This document shows, piece after piece, positions 20,435 through 30,915 of a stretch of 64,000 nt of DNA. The stretch spans positions 186,001-250,000 of the forward strand of contig OZ025670.1 of NCBI GenBank assembly GCA_964019335.1, written 5' to 3'. Each line of letters opens with the position of its first letter. The first letter of the stretch is position 1. The position numbers and the translations under genes were made by a program. The notes beneath the pieces are model-generated. The model ran no database searches. It was not told where the DNA came from and saw only the letters and a program-made list of their open reading frames with translations. The stretch comes from Diplonema japonicum (lineage: Eukaryota > Protista > Euglenozoa: Diplonemea).

Positions 20435-22672
20435 ATGAAACCGAGCATGGGACTGATGACAGTTGTCTCTATTCTATGCACGGTGTGCACTGTGGGTGCG
20501 GTGACAGCAGCAGATTTCAAGGCAGAGCAGGCTGTGTGGCCTACAACCGGAACGACGACACCGACGCCGTCTGCAAGTACATTTGGACCGAGGAGGCTGA
20601 AATCGGGGAACTACAGGTACGACTTCCACAGGGGGATTGACATCCCATGTGTGTTAGGGGACCCTGTGTACGCATCTGTGGATGGTGTGGTGATAAAGGC
20701 TGGCATCACCACGGGCTATGACGACCCTTTGGTCCAGCTGGAGCACACAACCTCCAGCGGTGTCTACTACACGAACTACATGCACATGGACTCTGTTGCC
20801 GTTAACATCAGCGATGTGGTTGCCAAAGCCACCTACCTCGGAGAGTGTGGTGCCAGCTTCTCAGGATTCGAGCACGTGCACTTTGAAGTCAGGGAAGGCG
20901 GAAAAAACCAGCAGAACTGCATCCACCCCCTTTCCCTCCTTCCTTGGCACGACCCCATCGTAGAAGGGCCGTTCACCTTTGCCATCGAGTCTGCCACCGA
21001 CATCGCACAGGGCAGGTACAACATTACTGTTCTGACACAGATGACCAACAGGCAGCTGTACCTCAAGAGAATCGACGTAGGCCTCGTGGGTGTCGCCATG
21101 AAGGCACCTGTTCAAGTTGCTGGCAGGGATGTCGAGCCAACGTTCTTCGACATGCACACTGCGAACTTCCAATACACGCACAAGAAGAGCGAATGGCCTG
21201 CTGCAGACTGCCACTACGCCACGGAGCATCCCAATGGCTCGGACTACGATGCTCACATACACCTGGACAAGGGTGAGGGGTCTGCTGGTGTGTTCAACGG
21301 GCAGACCATCCTTCCTTACAAGTTCGTGTCGGGCTCAACGGACTACCAGCTGCGCGTCTCAATCACAGTGGAGGCCGCTGACGTGAACACAGCACCGCTT
21401 GCTTCAGAGCTGTGCATCGAGGCCTCAGCAACCTCTGTGGAGTTCCCGTACCTCGCGGCACCTAACGATTTCATGCAGGAGACTGACATGTTCGGCAAGT
21501 GCACCCCTGCGCCACCCACTGCGGAGCCCACGTCCGCCCCACCCACAGCCGAACCGACACTCGCACCCCCCACACCCGCACCGCCTGCGACCTTCACCAT
21601 CGATGTGCCTGTCCACCACAGCCACGACGACTGCGAAGAGGACGACAGCACTGGCGACGTCTCCTTCGGCTCCAGCGACCTAGAGCTGGGGCACGACGGC
21701 GACCCGCAGACAGTAGGCATCAGGTGGAGGGAGGTGAACATCCCTGCAGGCAGTACCATCGTTGAGGCGAAGATCGTTTTCGTGGCCGACGAGTCCAATT
21801 CAGGCACTGCGCCGGTCGTCGACGTGCTGTTCGATGCTGCAGGCGACTCGCAGAGCTACAAAGTCGACAAGCCCAGCACGCGAACAACGACAGCATCCGT
21901 GCAATGGACAATCAGCGAGGTGTGGACAACGGGACTTACGTACGAGACGCCTGACTTGTCGGCAGCGCTGCAGGAGGTTGTCGATGGTGCTGGCTGGCAT
22001 GAAGGCAACACCGTGGGGTGCCTCATCCGTGTTGCTATTGGCTGCCCTGCGGGTGCGAAGCGCACGGCGGAGCCCTTCGGTGACGACGGTCCTGTGCTGC
22101 ACGTAGTGTACGCGCCTTCGAACGTGGTGACAAAAAGGGTGCGCGTGGGGTACAGCCTCGACGATGTGGAACAGCGCACGTGGAGCACGTTCGAGACGAG
22201 CGTGGACTTGGAGCTGGCCCATGACAATGGCCAGGACCAGGCAGTGGGGCTGAGGTTCAGGTCGCTGGGGGTGCCGCAGGGGGCGAACATTGTGTATGCA
22301 GGGGTCACCTTCGTTGCAGACAGGGACGAGACGGGGGATTCACCTTCTCTGACCATCCACGGGGATAGTGCGGATTCATCAGCACAGTGGAGCTTGGCAA
22401 ACCTACCAAACGACAGGACGCCGACTGCAGCTGTGGTGAACTGGACAGGACTTCCTGCATGGCACCGCCGTGGCGGGTATGCTACTCCCGATCTGACCGC
22501 TATCGTGGTTGAGCTCACTTCTCGTCTAGGTTGGACAACTGACTCACACCTTTCTTTAATCATCAAGAAGAACCCAAGCCAAGCACCTGCGGACGCCCTG
22601 CGCGCGGCTGAGTCCTTTGATTCTTCTACCCCAGACGAGGCACCCGTCCTCACCATATCGTACACAGTGTGA
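20435..22672 (+). CDS. secreted M23-family metallopeptidase with Pro/Thr linker and two repeated bacterial-type beta domains
   Basis: Signal peptide, HRGID (HxxxD), YMHM and HVHFEVR (HxH). Two repeats of S(S/V)DLEL..VG(I/L)R(W/F)..(I/V)P.G..I..A..TPDL. Intronless. Confidence 0.85.
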   Translation: MKPSMGLMTVVSILCTVCTVGAVTAADFKAEQAVWPTTGTTTPTPSASTFGPRRLKSGNYRYDFHRGIDIPCVLGDPVYASVDGVVIKAGITTGYDDPLVQLEHTTSSGVYYTNYMHMDSVAVNISDVVAKATYLGECGASFSGFEHVHFEVREGGKNQQNCIHPLSLLPWHDPIVEGPFTFAIESATDIAQGRYNITVLTQMTNRQLYLKRIDVGLVGVAMKAPVQVAGRDVEPTFFDMHTANFQYTHKKSEWPAADCHYATEHPNGSDYDAHIHLDKGEGSAGVFNGQTILPYKFVSGSTDYQLRVSITVEAADVNTAPLASELCIEASATSVEFPYLAAPNDFMQETDMFGKCTPAPPTAEPTSAPPTAEPTLAPPTPAPPATFTIDVPVHHSHDDCEEDDSTGDVSFGSSDLELGHDGDPQTVGIRWREVNIPAGSTIVEAKIVFVADESNSGTAPVVDVLFDAAGDSQSYKVDKPSTRTTTASVQWTISEVWTTGLTYETPDLSAALQEVVDGAGWHEGNTVGCLIRVAIGCPAGAKRTAEPFGDDGPVLHVVYAPSNVVTKRVRVGYSLDDVEQRTWSTFETSVDLELAHDNGQDQAVGLRFRSLGVPQGANIVYAGVTFVADRDETGDSPSLTIHGDSADSSAQWSLANLPNDRTPTAAVVNWTGLPAWHRRGGYATPDLTAIVVELTSRLGWTTDSHLSLIIKKNPSQAPADALRAAESFDSSTPDEAPVLTISYTV

Positions 22673-22794
22673 TATGGCTATGGCTGAGATGATTTCTTTT
22701 TGTTTTCTCTGCCTCTCTTCTGTTTTATTTTAATACTTACGCGTTCCCCCTTTTTACCTTTCTCCTGTTATGCAGAGATGACTCTTTCTTTAAC

Positions 22795-22826
22795 GCTGCA
22801 CACTTAACGCCAAATAGTGTTGCAGC
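22795..22826. other. conserved stem-loop (also at 27598-27629 and 30874-30905)
   Basis: GCTGCACACT-TAACGCCAAAT-AGTGTTGCAGC, with compensatory changes relative to the other copies. Confidence 0.65.
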
Positions 22827-23059
22827 CGACGCCCTATTCTTATTTTTTTGTTTCTTAAAAAAAAGTATTCTCAATTTCGCGAATATATATTAGGGGGCAC
22901 GGACAAGACGGTTGCGGACCCTGTACAAAGAATGACATTGATGCTTTTCCCTTTGAAACAGCTAGTCTCACCGTGGTGTCCAATCCCCCCCCCTTTTTTT
23001 TTACTTACACCCTACAATTTTTTAAAAAAATTGTTTGTTCTATTCTCTCACCTGTGTAT

Positions 23060-23095
<36 letters not shown>

Positions 23096-23112
23096 ACAAA
23101 AAAAATTGCATC

Positions 23113-24800
23113 ATGAGGCAAGTAGTAGTATTTGCGGTACTAGGGGCACTGATGCCCGTGCTGACAGTTGAGGTGGAGGGGAGTGGAAGTGTGGATGATG
23201 ATAGACATGAAGCCCATGAGCAAGATCTGGGCAAATTAATCAAAGACAGCGAAACCGTGGTTGTTGCAGAAAAGGAGCCCTTGTTGAAAACCTTCAACAA
23301 AACAAACACAACCTCTGCGGTTATTGTCTCTCGCGATCATGCAGAGCCTGCACCCACTCTACGAAACCACAGCCTCGTATCCAGCAAAGACGACGAGGAT
23401 AAGGAAACCACACCGACAAAATCCGCTCGCGAAGGAAACGAGACCGAAAGAACAACACTAAGGGAAAAACCTGCTACGCTCATAGCGAAAAGAGACCTCG
23501 AAGACCCCACATTGCCCAAGGATGGTGAAAAGCACAGTTCGGAACACAAAGCCACCACAGTGGGAATTCAAGTCGACGGCGACAAACAAACAACACTACC
23601 ACTGCCGAAGGAGACCGAACAGGTCAGCGCAGCACAGAAAGCTCACAAGGACGACGACATCACGGACCACACCGCCGAGAAGAAACCCCACAAAGATGTT
23701 GACAAAAATCCAACAACCACCGACGGTTCAATGCCGTCCAGCGTAAAAACACTGAGCGGCAACGAGGACAAACCCGAGCACATCCTTACCAAACCACACA
23801 CGGAAGAACAAGATCTTAAAACCCTCTCAAAACCTAGCGATGAGCCTGCCATGGCCAGCAAAAAACTTCCCGTACATGATTCTTCTGAGGACGAGCCAAA
23901 AGAGAAAAAGAATCTTGCAAAAACCAAAATCGACGACGACGAGGTATCGCACGACGCCACGTTGGTAACCGACAAGAAACCTGTCACCCATGCCCTCCCC
24001 GTGGTAAAAGAGGACAAGAAGGACGAGAAGGAACCGACAGGGCTTCAAAAGGAACAAGAAAAACTAAAAGAAGGTAAGGTGGTGAAAGAAAAGAAAGAGG
24101 ACGACGACGAAGAGCAGCACCACGAGGGTGCTGTGGAGAAGGACGATGATCATGAGCACGACCATGACGAGAAGAAGGTAACAGTGTTGAAGAAAAACGA
24201 CGAAAAACACCCGAAGAAGGTAAAGAACCCAATCGTGATCCTTGACGGGGACAAGGAGACCCCACCCCTCCCCAAAAAGCCTGCCCCGCTACCGCCTTCA
24301 ACGAAGTCTGCGGAAAAAACCGAGAACTTCAAGATCAGCATCAACGCCAACGCAAATTTCGACGACCCGCTCCCAAACCAACACGGGACCGACATTCTCA
24401 TCGCCGCCGTCGGCGCTTGTGTTTTCATCTATGGTGCCGGGTTCTCCATGAACAGCATGGGATGGAAGTTCGATAAGATTGCAAGGTGTAACACCCCGCA
24501 GAATATTTCCCTCACTACCCCGATGAAGGTCTGGTGGTGCGTCTGCCTCATTGGTTGGGTTGTCTTCAAGATTGCCGAAGCCCTCATAAGCGGCGGGCTC
24601 ATGGGATGCAGTGCCTGCAGTGCTGCCGTCACTATGCTGCGTAAGGGCGAAATGCCTGACGACTCTGCGGAGTTGATTTCCGTTAGTACCTCGTCTCCAA
24701 GAAATATGGGGCAGGCAAGCCCTGCTGCTATGAGAAGCTCTTCGAGAAGGAAAACCGGGATGTCGTTGGCGAAACCGGCCACGAGTATGGAGAGGGCAAG

Positions 24801-24833
<33 letters not shown>

Positions 24834-25092
24834 TTGGTTTAAATTATCATTCTCACAGATGTTACAAAAAAAGTCTACAAAAAACCTCTCCGTAGCTCAA
24901 GCAGTGCGCCTACACAGCAGTACGCACCAGCGTCTGCCCATGCACATAGTGCCGGTCCCTCTGGGTGGGGTGATGATGACGGGTGGGATGTATGATGACA
25001 AAAAAAAAAAAAAAAAAAAAAAATGATGTTTTTTTTTCCCTCCATTCTAGGAACATGATGACAACAAGGAAGAGTTCGAGGAGGATTGGTGA
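23113..25092 (+). CDS. membrane protein with signal peptide, long K/E/D/T-rich ectodomain, TM segment(s) and acidic Trp tail (3' splicing uncertain)
   Basis: MRQVVVFAVLGAL N-terminus and TM ILIAAVGACVFIYGAG. The 3' exons can encode GWGDDDGWD|EHDDNKEEFEEDW*. Confidence 0.65.
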
Positions 25093-25743
25093 TGACGCAG
25101 GGGTAGATTTACAGTAGTCTTTTTTTTTTTTTTTATGATTTTTTTTTTTTAACTCTACTCTTTTCTTCTTTTTTTTTTTTTTTTTGTTCTAACAAAAAAG
25201 TAATTTGAAAAGAAAAAAAATGCCCCCCCCCCCACAGCGACATCTGATGTTTTTTTTTTCTCTCTCTTTTTTTTTATTGTGCCTTTTACTTATTCGGCGG
25301 AATAAAGAAGTAAAAGTAATGATTTTAAAAGGAAAGTGCCTGAGAACATGAGTGGAGGGGGACCCAGTGAGTTAACCTTAAGAAGAAAGAACAAAAATAA
25401 AAAAAAGAACAGGTGTTGACTTTTCCCCTTATTGGTTTCTCTTTTTTTTTTAAAAGGGGGGCAACGTTGGTAAATGTTTCGGGTTTTACAAACTTCTCCA
25501 GGTTTTACCCCGGGCACATACAAAACAACGGGCAGTTCCCTCTTTTAAATTTCACCGTATTTTTTTTTTTTTCTTCTTTTTTTTTTTAGAAAAAAAAAAC
25601 AACTACCACCACCACCCCTCCCCTCCATTTTTTTTCCCCCTTAATGATTTGTCTTTTGTTTTAATATCACCCCTCACCCCCTTCCCTATGTCGTCCTTTA
25701 AAAAACGCAGGCTTGGAAGGAGGGGGGAAAAAAAAAGAGAGAA

Positions 25744-26463
25744 ATGGATGAAATAATGGTGATGGAGATCCAAAAAGGAGTTGGTCCTTGGGGTTTGATA
25801 CCCGCGTGTGTCGGGAAGGCGCTGCTGGCCATGAATAAAACGGTTCAGGAATTGAGAGATGAGGTCCAGTCGTGGGGGAAGGAACAGGAAATGGCAGATA
25901 TTTTAGAGAAATGCGGTGCTTTGGAAAAGGCTTTCGGTACACAGCAGCTGAGTGTTCCCAGGTGGGAGGATCAGATCTCGGTGTCGCCATCCGAATCCGA
26001 GGGAGGGACTGCATCACCATCTGGTTCTGCGGCAGTTCCACCCTCCAGATTCCCTAGAACCACTCACACGCCAAAACTGGAAAAAAGTAGAAAAGCATCC
26101 CTTCCGCAAAGTGTGGTGAGGAAGACACCTCCCAAGCCCGTTGTTGCCCCTCTGTTTCTTTCAGCGCACCCACTAGGGCCCCCGCCCAACCTAATGAACC
26201 TAGTGGAGAAGAGCTTGCCTTCACCTCCTTCCCCCCCTGCACGAATTCCTGAAGAGCCGTCATTTGAGTACGAAAAGAGTCAGACAGAAGTGAATGATGA
26301 AGAGGAAAATTGTGGTGGCACCACCCCTATGTCGTCACCGGTGTCCCTTCGCCGGCCCAGGCCGTTTCACATAGTACAGGAACAACAACAACAACAATTG
26401 CAACCTGTTAAAAAAACACAAATATTTACCTGCTTAGATGTGCTTGATATTTTACCTGAATAG
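25744..26463 (+). CDS. hypothetical protein (short coiled coil then Pro/Ser-rich)
   Basis: 239-aa ORF with coding-like composition; 3' end may be spliced. Confidence 0.5.
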   Translation: MDEIMVMEIQKGVGPWGLIPACVGKALLAMNKTVQELRDEVQSWGKEQEMADILEKCGALEKAFGTQQLSVPRWEDQISVSPSESEGGTASPSGSAAVPPSRFPRTTHTPKLEKSRKASLPQSVVRKTPPKPVVAPLFLSAHPLGPPPNLMNLVEKSLPSPPSPPARIPEEPSFEYEKSQTEVNDEEENCGGTTPMSSPVSLRRPRPFHIVQEQQQQQLQPVKKTQIFTCLDVLDILPE

Positions 26464-26569
26464 ATGTAACCCTTTCCCCCCCTTTTTTTTCCCCCCTTCT
26501 AACAGTTTAAAAAGAAAAAAAAAAAAAAAGGTGTGAAGGGAAGGAGGGGGGTAGGGAGAGAGAAATGAG

Positions 26570-27214
26570 ATGTCGGCTTTACAGCTGGTTTCGTCACCGC
26601 ACCACGATACTTTGTTAAGCCCCACCTCCAGCCCGAAGGCACTGCTGGTGTATAAAACACAACTCTGCAAATTTATATTGAGCAAGAAAAAGAAAAGGAC
26701 GAAGGAAAAAACATTTGACAAGGAGCGAGGTTGGTGTGAGAGGGTTCTCGGGGGCGGTGGGAAGGACCGGGATCGATATCTTGGATTCAAATCGATGCAG
26801 AAGGAAGAAATTCCTGAAAGAGTGGAAGTGAGGCACACGCCGGTCGTGCTCCCGGTGCTCCCTAACCTTCGAGATACAGAAATCGCCACAATGCCCAGTA
26901 CAGCCAAGAGAGCTGCTAGACGGTGGGCGGGGCTTGTCGACATTCTTCCTGAACGAGAGCCCTTCGACCCCGCAATAGAATCTACCATCGTCTTTGAGAC
27001 GAAAACAGTACGTAGAAAAGAAAAAAAGAAGAAAAAAAAAAACGCAACACAGGGCTATCCGTCCCCATTCAAGCACCGGGCACACCCGCCTCTCACCTTG
27101 TCCAGCTTCGGCCCCCCGACACGATACCCAAAGCCGCCTGCGAGACCGCGGAAAAAAAAGCACACAACGGCCTCTAGAAAAACCAAGGTCGAAGCCGGTC
27201 TAACAATTTTATAA
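26570..27214 (+). CDS. hypothetical basic protein, probably with short A-rich introns
   Basis: ORF with coding-like islands interrupted by A-runs following GT dinucleotides. Confidence 0.4.
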   Translation: MSALQLVSSPHHDTLLSPTSSPKALLVYKTQLCKFILSKKKKRTKEKTFDKERGWCERVLGGGGKDRDRYLGFKSMQKEEIPERVEVRHTPVVLPVLPNLRDTEIATMPSTAKRAARRWAGLVDILPEREPFDPAIESTIVFETKTVRRKEKKKKKKNATQGYPSPFKHRAHPPLTLSSFGPPTRYPKPPARPRKKKHTTASRKTKVEAGLTIL

Positions 27215-27251
27215 AAAACCCCATTCTTTCCTTTTTTTTGTTTTTGTTTTC

Positions 27252-27286
<35 letters not shown>

Positions 27287-27309
27287 AGAAGAAAAATTGC
27301 TATATTTAT

Positions 27310-27639
27310 TGTTGGTGGTGGGGATAACATGGAAATATAAGAAGTACATCAGATGTGTTGTTCGCTGTTGACCTCCTCGTCGGTCATCACCGGTAGCGCC
27401 CGAGTGGAAGAACGTAACGCAGATGCTCAGGGTGACGAACAGGCAGCAAACTGCACGAGCGCAGAATCTTGGTTACCCGGGACGCCCCGGCTAGGGTTGA
27501 GCACACCGCACGCATTAAGGACACGACGCGGAACGCAAAAGAAGCTACAACTCGGCCGGGGAGCGCCCCCTGTAATCAAGTAGGTAGTTCGTGCTTCATT
27601 GCACGCTTAACGCCACCTAGTGTTGCAATCAAAGCCCCA
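27310..27639. mobile_element. 330-bp TG..CA short interspersed element (solo-LTR- or SINE-like), copy 1
   Basis: Near-identical to 30621-30915. Termini TGTTGG..GCCCCA, flanked by a TTTAT direct repeat. Confidence 0.7.
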
Positions 27640-28053
27640 TTTATTTTATTTATTAGTCCTAGTACTGACCATACCCCCTCCCTTTTTAGGGCATGCGGCT
27701 TTCGCTTTTGGAGTTTGCATGTTAATTTGAGTTTATTATCAACAAAAAAAAAATGGATCATAGTGATTCTCGGTAGGGCATCCCCCCCCTCCCCCAAGTC
27801 CTGGGTACTCTAAACCGCATCCGATGGTAAGAGACCTTCCGTTGCATTTCGGCTGGGCAACAGATAACCCACCACTTGTATCGAAAGATAGCACCGGACG
27901 GTGATTGTTAGCAGCTAGGGTGCGTGGCGACACCCTCCGCTTGTGAATGTGATGCGGGGGTAGCGTGGAAAAGTGTCCCCTCCCCTGTCGTGAGGCAAGA
28001 GATAAAGCACCAAGCTCCCGAATGATCATAATTATAAAGCTCTACACCCATGT

Positions 28054-28206
28054 GGAGTTGACTCTGGGCCGTTGTTGGGTGTCGTGCTAGACTTCGCCAA
28101 GTGTTTTGACACAACTGGTGTGCTGAAGCTGATAGAACGGATGGGAATAGACAAGGGGGTCCTGAGAGCGTTGGAAGGGATGTACAATGGTCTATCGTCC
28201 AAAAGG
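28054..28206 (+). pseudogene. fossil non-LTR retrotransposon reverse transcriptase fragment
   Basis: VVLDFAKCFD..LIERMGID..VLRALEGMY matches the DxxKAFD..L..MG....L..MY segment of LINE-type RTs. Confidence 0.7.
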
Positions 28207-28367
28207 TATTTGTTTTTTGGAAGGTCGTTGCTAACCACTTCGTTCCTATCATAGCAATCTTTTTTTCTTTTGCTATTCAAATTTAAAAATTTGGCCGCAT
28301 GCTTTGCAATGAGAGAGCGGGTGGGGAACGACATATAAAAAGGGCGGGGGGGGGGGGGGGGGGGAGG

Positions 28368-30386
28368 ATGAAGATACTCTGGACAGCCGTTCTACTAGTG
28401 AGTTTAGCGAGTCGATCCGAGGCGACTAAAGCCACATGCACGAAGAGTCCCAAGTTTACTGGGGGATACCAGTGGAACTGCAAAGTGGATGTAGCCCTGC
28501 CATGTGGCAAAGAAGCGGACGATGAATACCAGATAGAAACCGGATTCAGTGTGCTATTCAACGAAGTCACTTACGACCCTATGCAACAATCGATTAAGTT
28601 CATGATCACGGATGAGAAGAAGGTAGAGATCGGCGATATGGAAGTGCACTACGTGTGCAAGCATAGGCCAAAAGGAAAAGTGGAGTGGGAGGATAAAGAT
28701 GAGATTAAGAAAGAATTCACCGTCGATTGGATTGATGATAGCAAACACCCTAGTGACTCCAGCGAAAGCGGCAGTGACAAAACCCCCGAGGGAACTAAAA
28801 AAGATGAGACTCCTACTGCCCCCGAGGGAACTAAAAAAGATGAGACTCCTACTGCCCCCGAAGGAACTAAAAAAGATGAGACTCCTACTGCCCCCGAGGG
28901 AACTAAAAAAGATGAGACTCTTACTGCCCCCGAGGGTACTAAAAAAGATAAGACTCCTACTGCCCCCGAGGGAACTAAGAAAGATGAGACTCCTACTGCC
29001 CCCGAGGGTACTAAAAAAGATGAGACTCCTACTGCCCCCGAGGGTACTAAAAAAGATGAGACTCCTACTGCCCCCGAGGGAACTAAAAAAGATGAGACTC
29101 CTACTGCCCCCGAGGGAACTAAAAAAGATGAGACTCCTACTGCCCCCGAAGGAACTAAAAAAGATGAGACTCCTACTGCCCCCGAGGGAACTAAGAAAGA
29201 TGAGACTCCTACTGCCCCCGAGGGTACTAAAAAAGATAAGACTCCTACTGCCCCCGAGGGAACTAAGAAAGATGAGACTCCTACTGCCCCCGAGGGTACT
29301 AAAAAAGATGAGACTCCTACTGCCCCCGAAGGAACTAAAAAAGATGAGACTCCTACTGCCCCCGAGGGAACTAAAAAAGATAAGACGCCTACTGCCCCCG
29401 AGGGAACTAAGAAAGATGAGACTCCTACTGCCCCCGAGGGAACTAAAAAAGATGAGACTCCTACTGCCCCCGAGGGAACTAAGAAAGATAAGACTCCTGC
29501 TGCCCCCGAGGGAACTAAAAAAGATAAGACTCCTACTGCCCCCGAAGGAACTAAAAAAGATGAGACTCCTACTGCCCCCGAGGGAACTAAAAAAGATAAG
29601 ACTCCTACTGCCCCCGAGGGAACTAAAAAAGATAAGACTCCTGCTGCCCCCGAGGGAACTAAAAAAGATAAAACTCCTACTGCCCCCGAGGGAACTAAAA
29701 AAGATAAGACTCCTACTGCCCCCGAGGGAACTAAAAAAGATAAGACTCCTAAGGTAGAGGTTAACACTGAGAGTGGCAGTGGCAGCGAAATAGTTGGAGG
29801 TAACTATGAGTCGGGGAACATGCAACAGTTCATCTTTCTTGTGCTGCTGGTGCTGGGGGTGGCGATCCTGTGGATGAACAGGGAGCAAATCATGGAGAAG
29901 TGTGGAGAGAGCGCAGGCGGCGGTCCAGGCACAGACGACGACGACCGTGAGATGGGCCAACGTATGCACCCACGAGAGGGAGGGAAATGAAACACCAAAC
30001 ACAGTGCCCTCACACAACGCTGACCGTGTACGCATCATTGAAGGTACACCGGGAGGGGCTACCCAGACCTCTGATGCTGTACCCGAACCCAGCACACTAT
30101 CGAGCGAGCCTCATATCCCTGAGGGGCTTAAGAAGGAGAAGAAGACTAAAGGTCTTGGTGCTAAAAAGCTGAACTATGCTAAGAAACAACCACCTAAGGT
30201 ATCCGGGAAGGGGAGGGGGGGAAAAAAGGGGGGTAGGCACCCGAATCATCTCGCGACGGCGAAACAAAAATCAACATTTCTGACGACGAGGGCTGGGGAT
30301 GGGGGGAAGAGAATAGCTTGGTATGTTGCAAGTTAAGAAATAAAGAAGAAGAAAAAACTCCCCCACAGCTTAACAAGAGAGACTAG
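28368..30386 (+). CDS. type I membrane protein: signal peptide, Cys domain, ~27 x 12-aa repeat, TM, acidic Trp tail; introns 29962-30004, 30199-30236, 30321-30368
   Basis: MKILWTAVLLVSL N-terminus and TM FIFLVLLVLGVAILW. Three GTAT..AG introns keep the frame to DDEGWGWGEENSL|LNKRD*. Confidence 0.75.
28784..29750 (+). repeat. 36-bp coding minisatellite, ~27 copies (PEGTKKD[E/K]TPTA)
   Basis: Unit CCCGAGGGAACTAAAAAAGATGAGACTCCTACTGCC with mostly synonymous or E/K variation. Confidence 0.97.
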
Positions 30387-30620
30387 ATGATCTTTTTTTT
30401 TTTCTTTTTTTTTTTTTTTTTTCCGGCGGGCCGTTGCTAACCACTTCTTTCCTATCATTGTGATTTTTTTTTTTTTTTTTTTTTTCGAGCTGTTGCTAGC
30501 CACCTCGTTTCCTATCATGGTGATTTTTTTTTTTTTGGAAAAAAAAAAGGAGAGTATTTCTATTTTTAGTTGCGTGCCAAATGTTGGCTCGACTCGCCCG
30601 CCATCTCTAACCCATTTTTT

Positions 30621-30915
30621 TGTTGGTGGTGGGGATAACATGGAAATATAAGAAGTACATCAGATGTGTTGTTCGCTGTTGACCTCCTCGTCGGTCATCA
30701 CCGGTAGCGCCCGAGTGGAAGAACGTAACGCAGATGCTCAGGGTGACGAACAGGCAGCAAACTGCACGAGCGCAGAATCTTGGTTACCCGGGACGCCCCG
30801 GCTAGGGTTGAGCACACCGCACGCATTAAGGACACGACGCGGAACGCAGAAGAAGCGCAGAAGTTCGTGCTTCATTGCACGCTTAACGCCACCTAGTGTT
30901 GCAATCAAAGCCCCA
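30621..30915. mobile_element. 295-bp TG..CA short interspersed element, copy 2
   Basis: Same as copy 1 but a 40-nt internal segment is replaced by GCAGA; embedded in a T-tract. Confidence 0.7.

Noticed and set aside
27553-27580. GCCGGGGAGCGCCCCCTGTAATC resembling a 7SL/Alu 5' end
   Set aside because: Too short, no SRP S-domain follows, and the segment is absent from copy 2.
28784-29750. 36-bp repeats as a CRISPR array
   Set aside because: The units are contiguous without unique spacers, lie in frame within a signal-peptide/TM protein, and no cas genes are present.
28554-30095. Long antisense and alternative-frame ORFs (513, 372, 352 aa)
   Set aside because: They are by-products of a stop-free 36-bp unit; the variation pattern fits the PEGTKKDETPTA frame.
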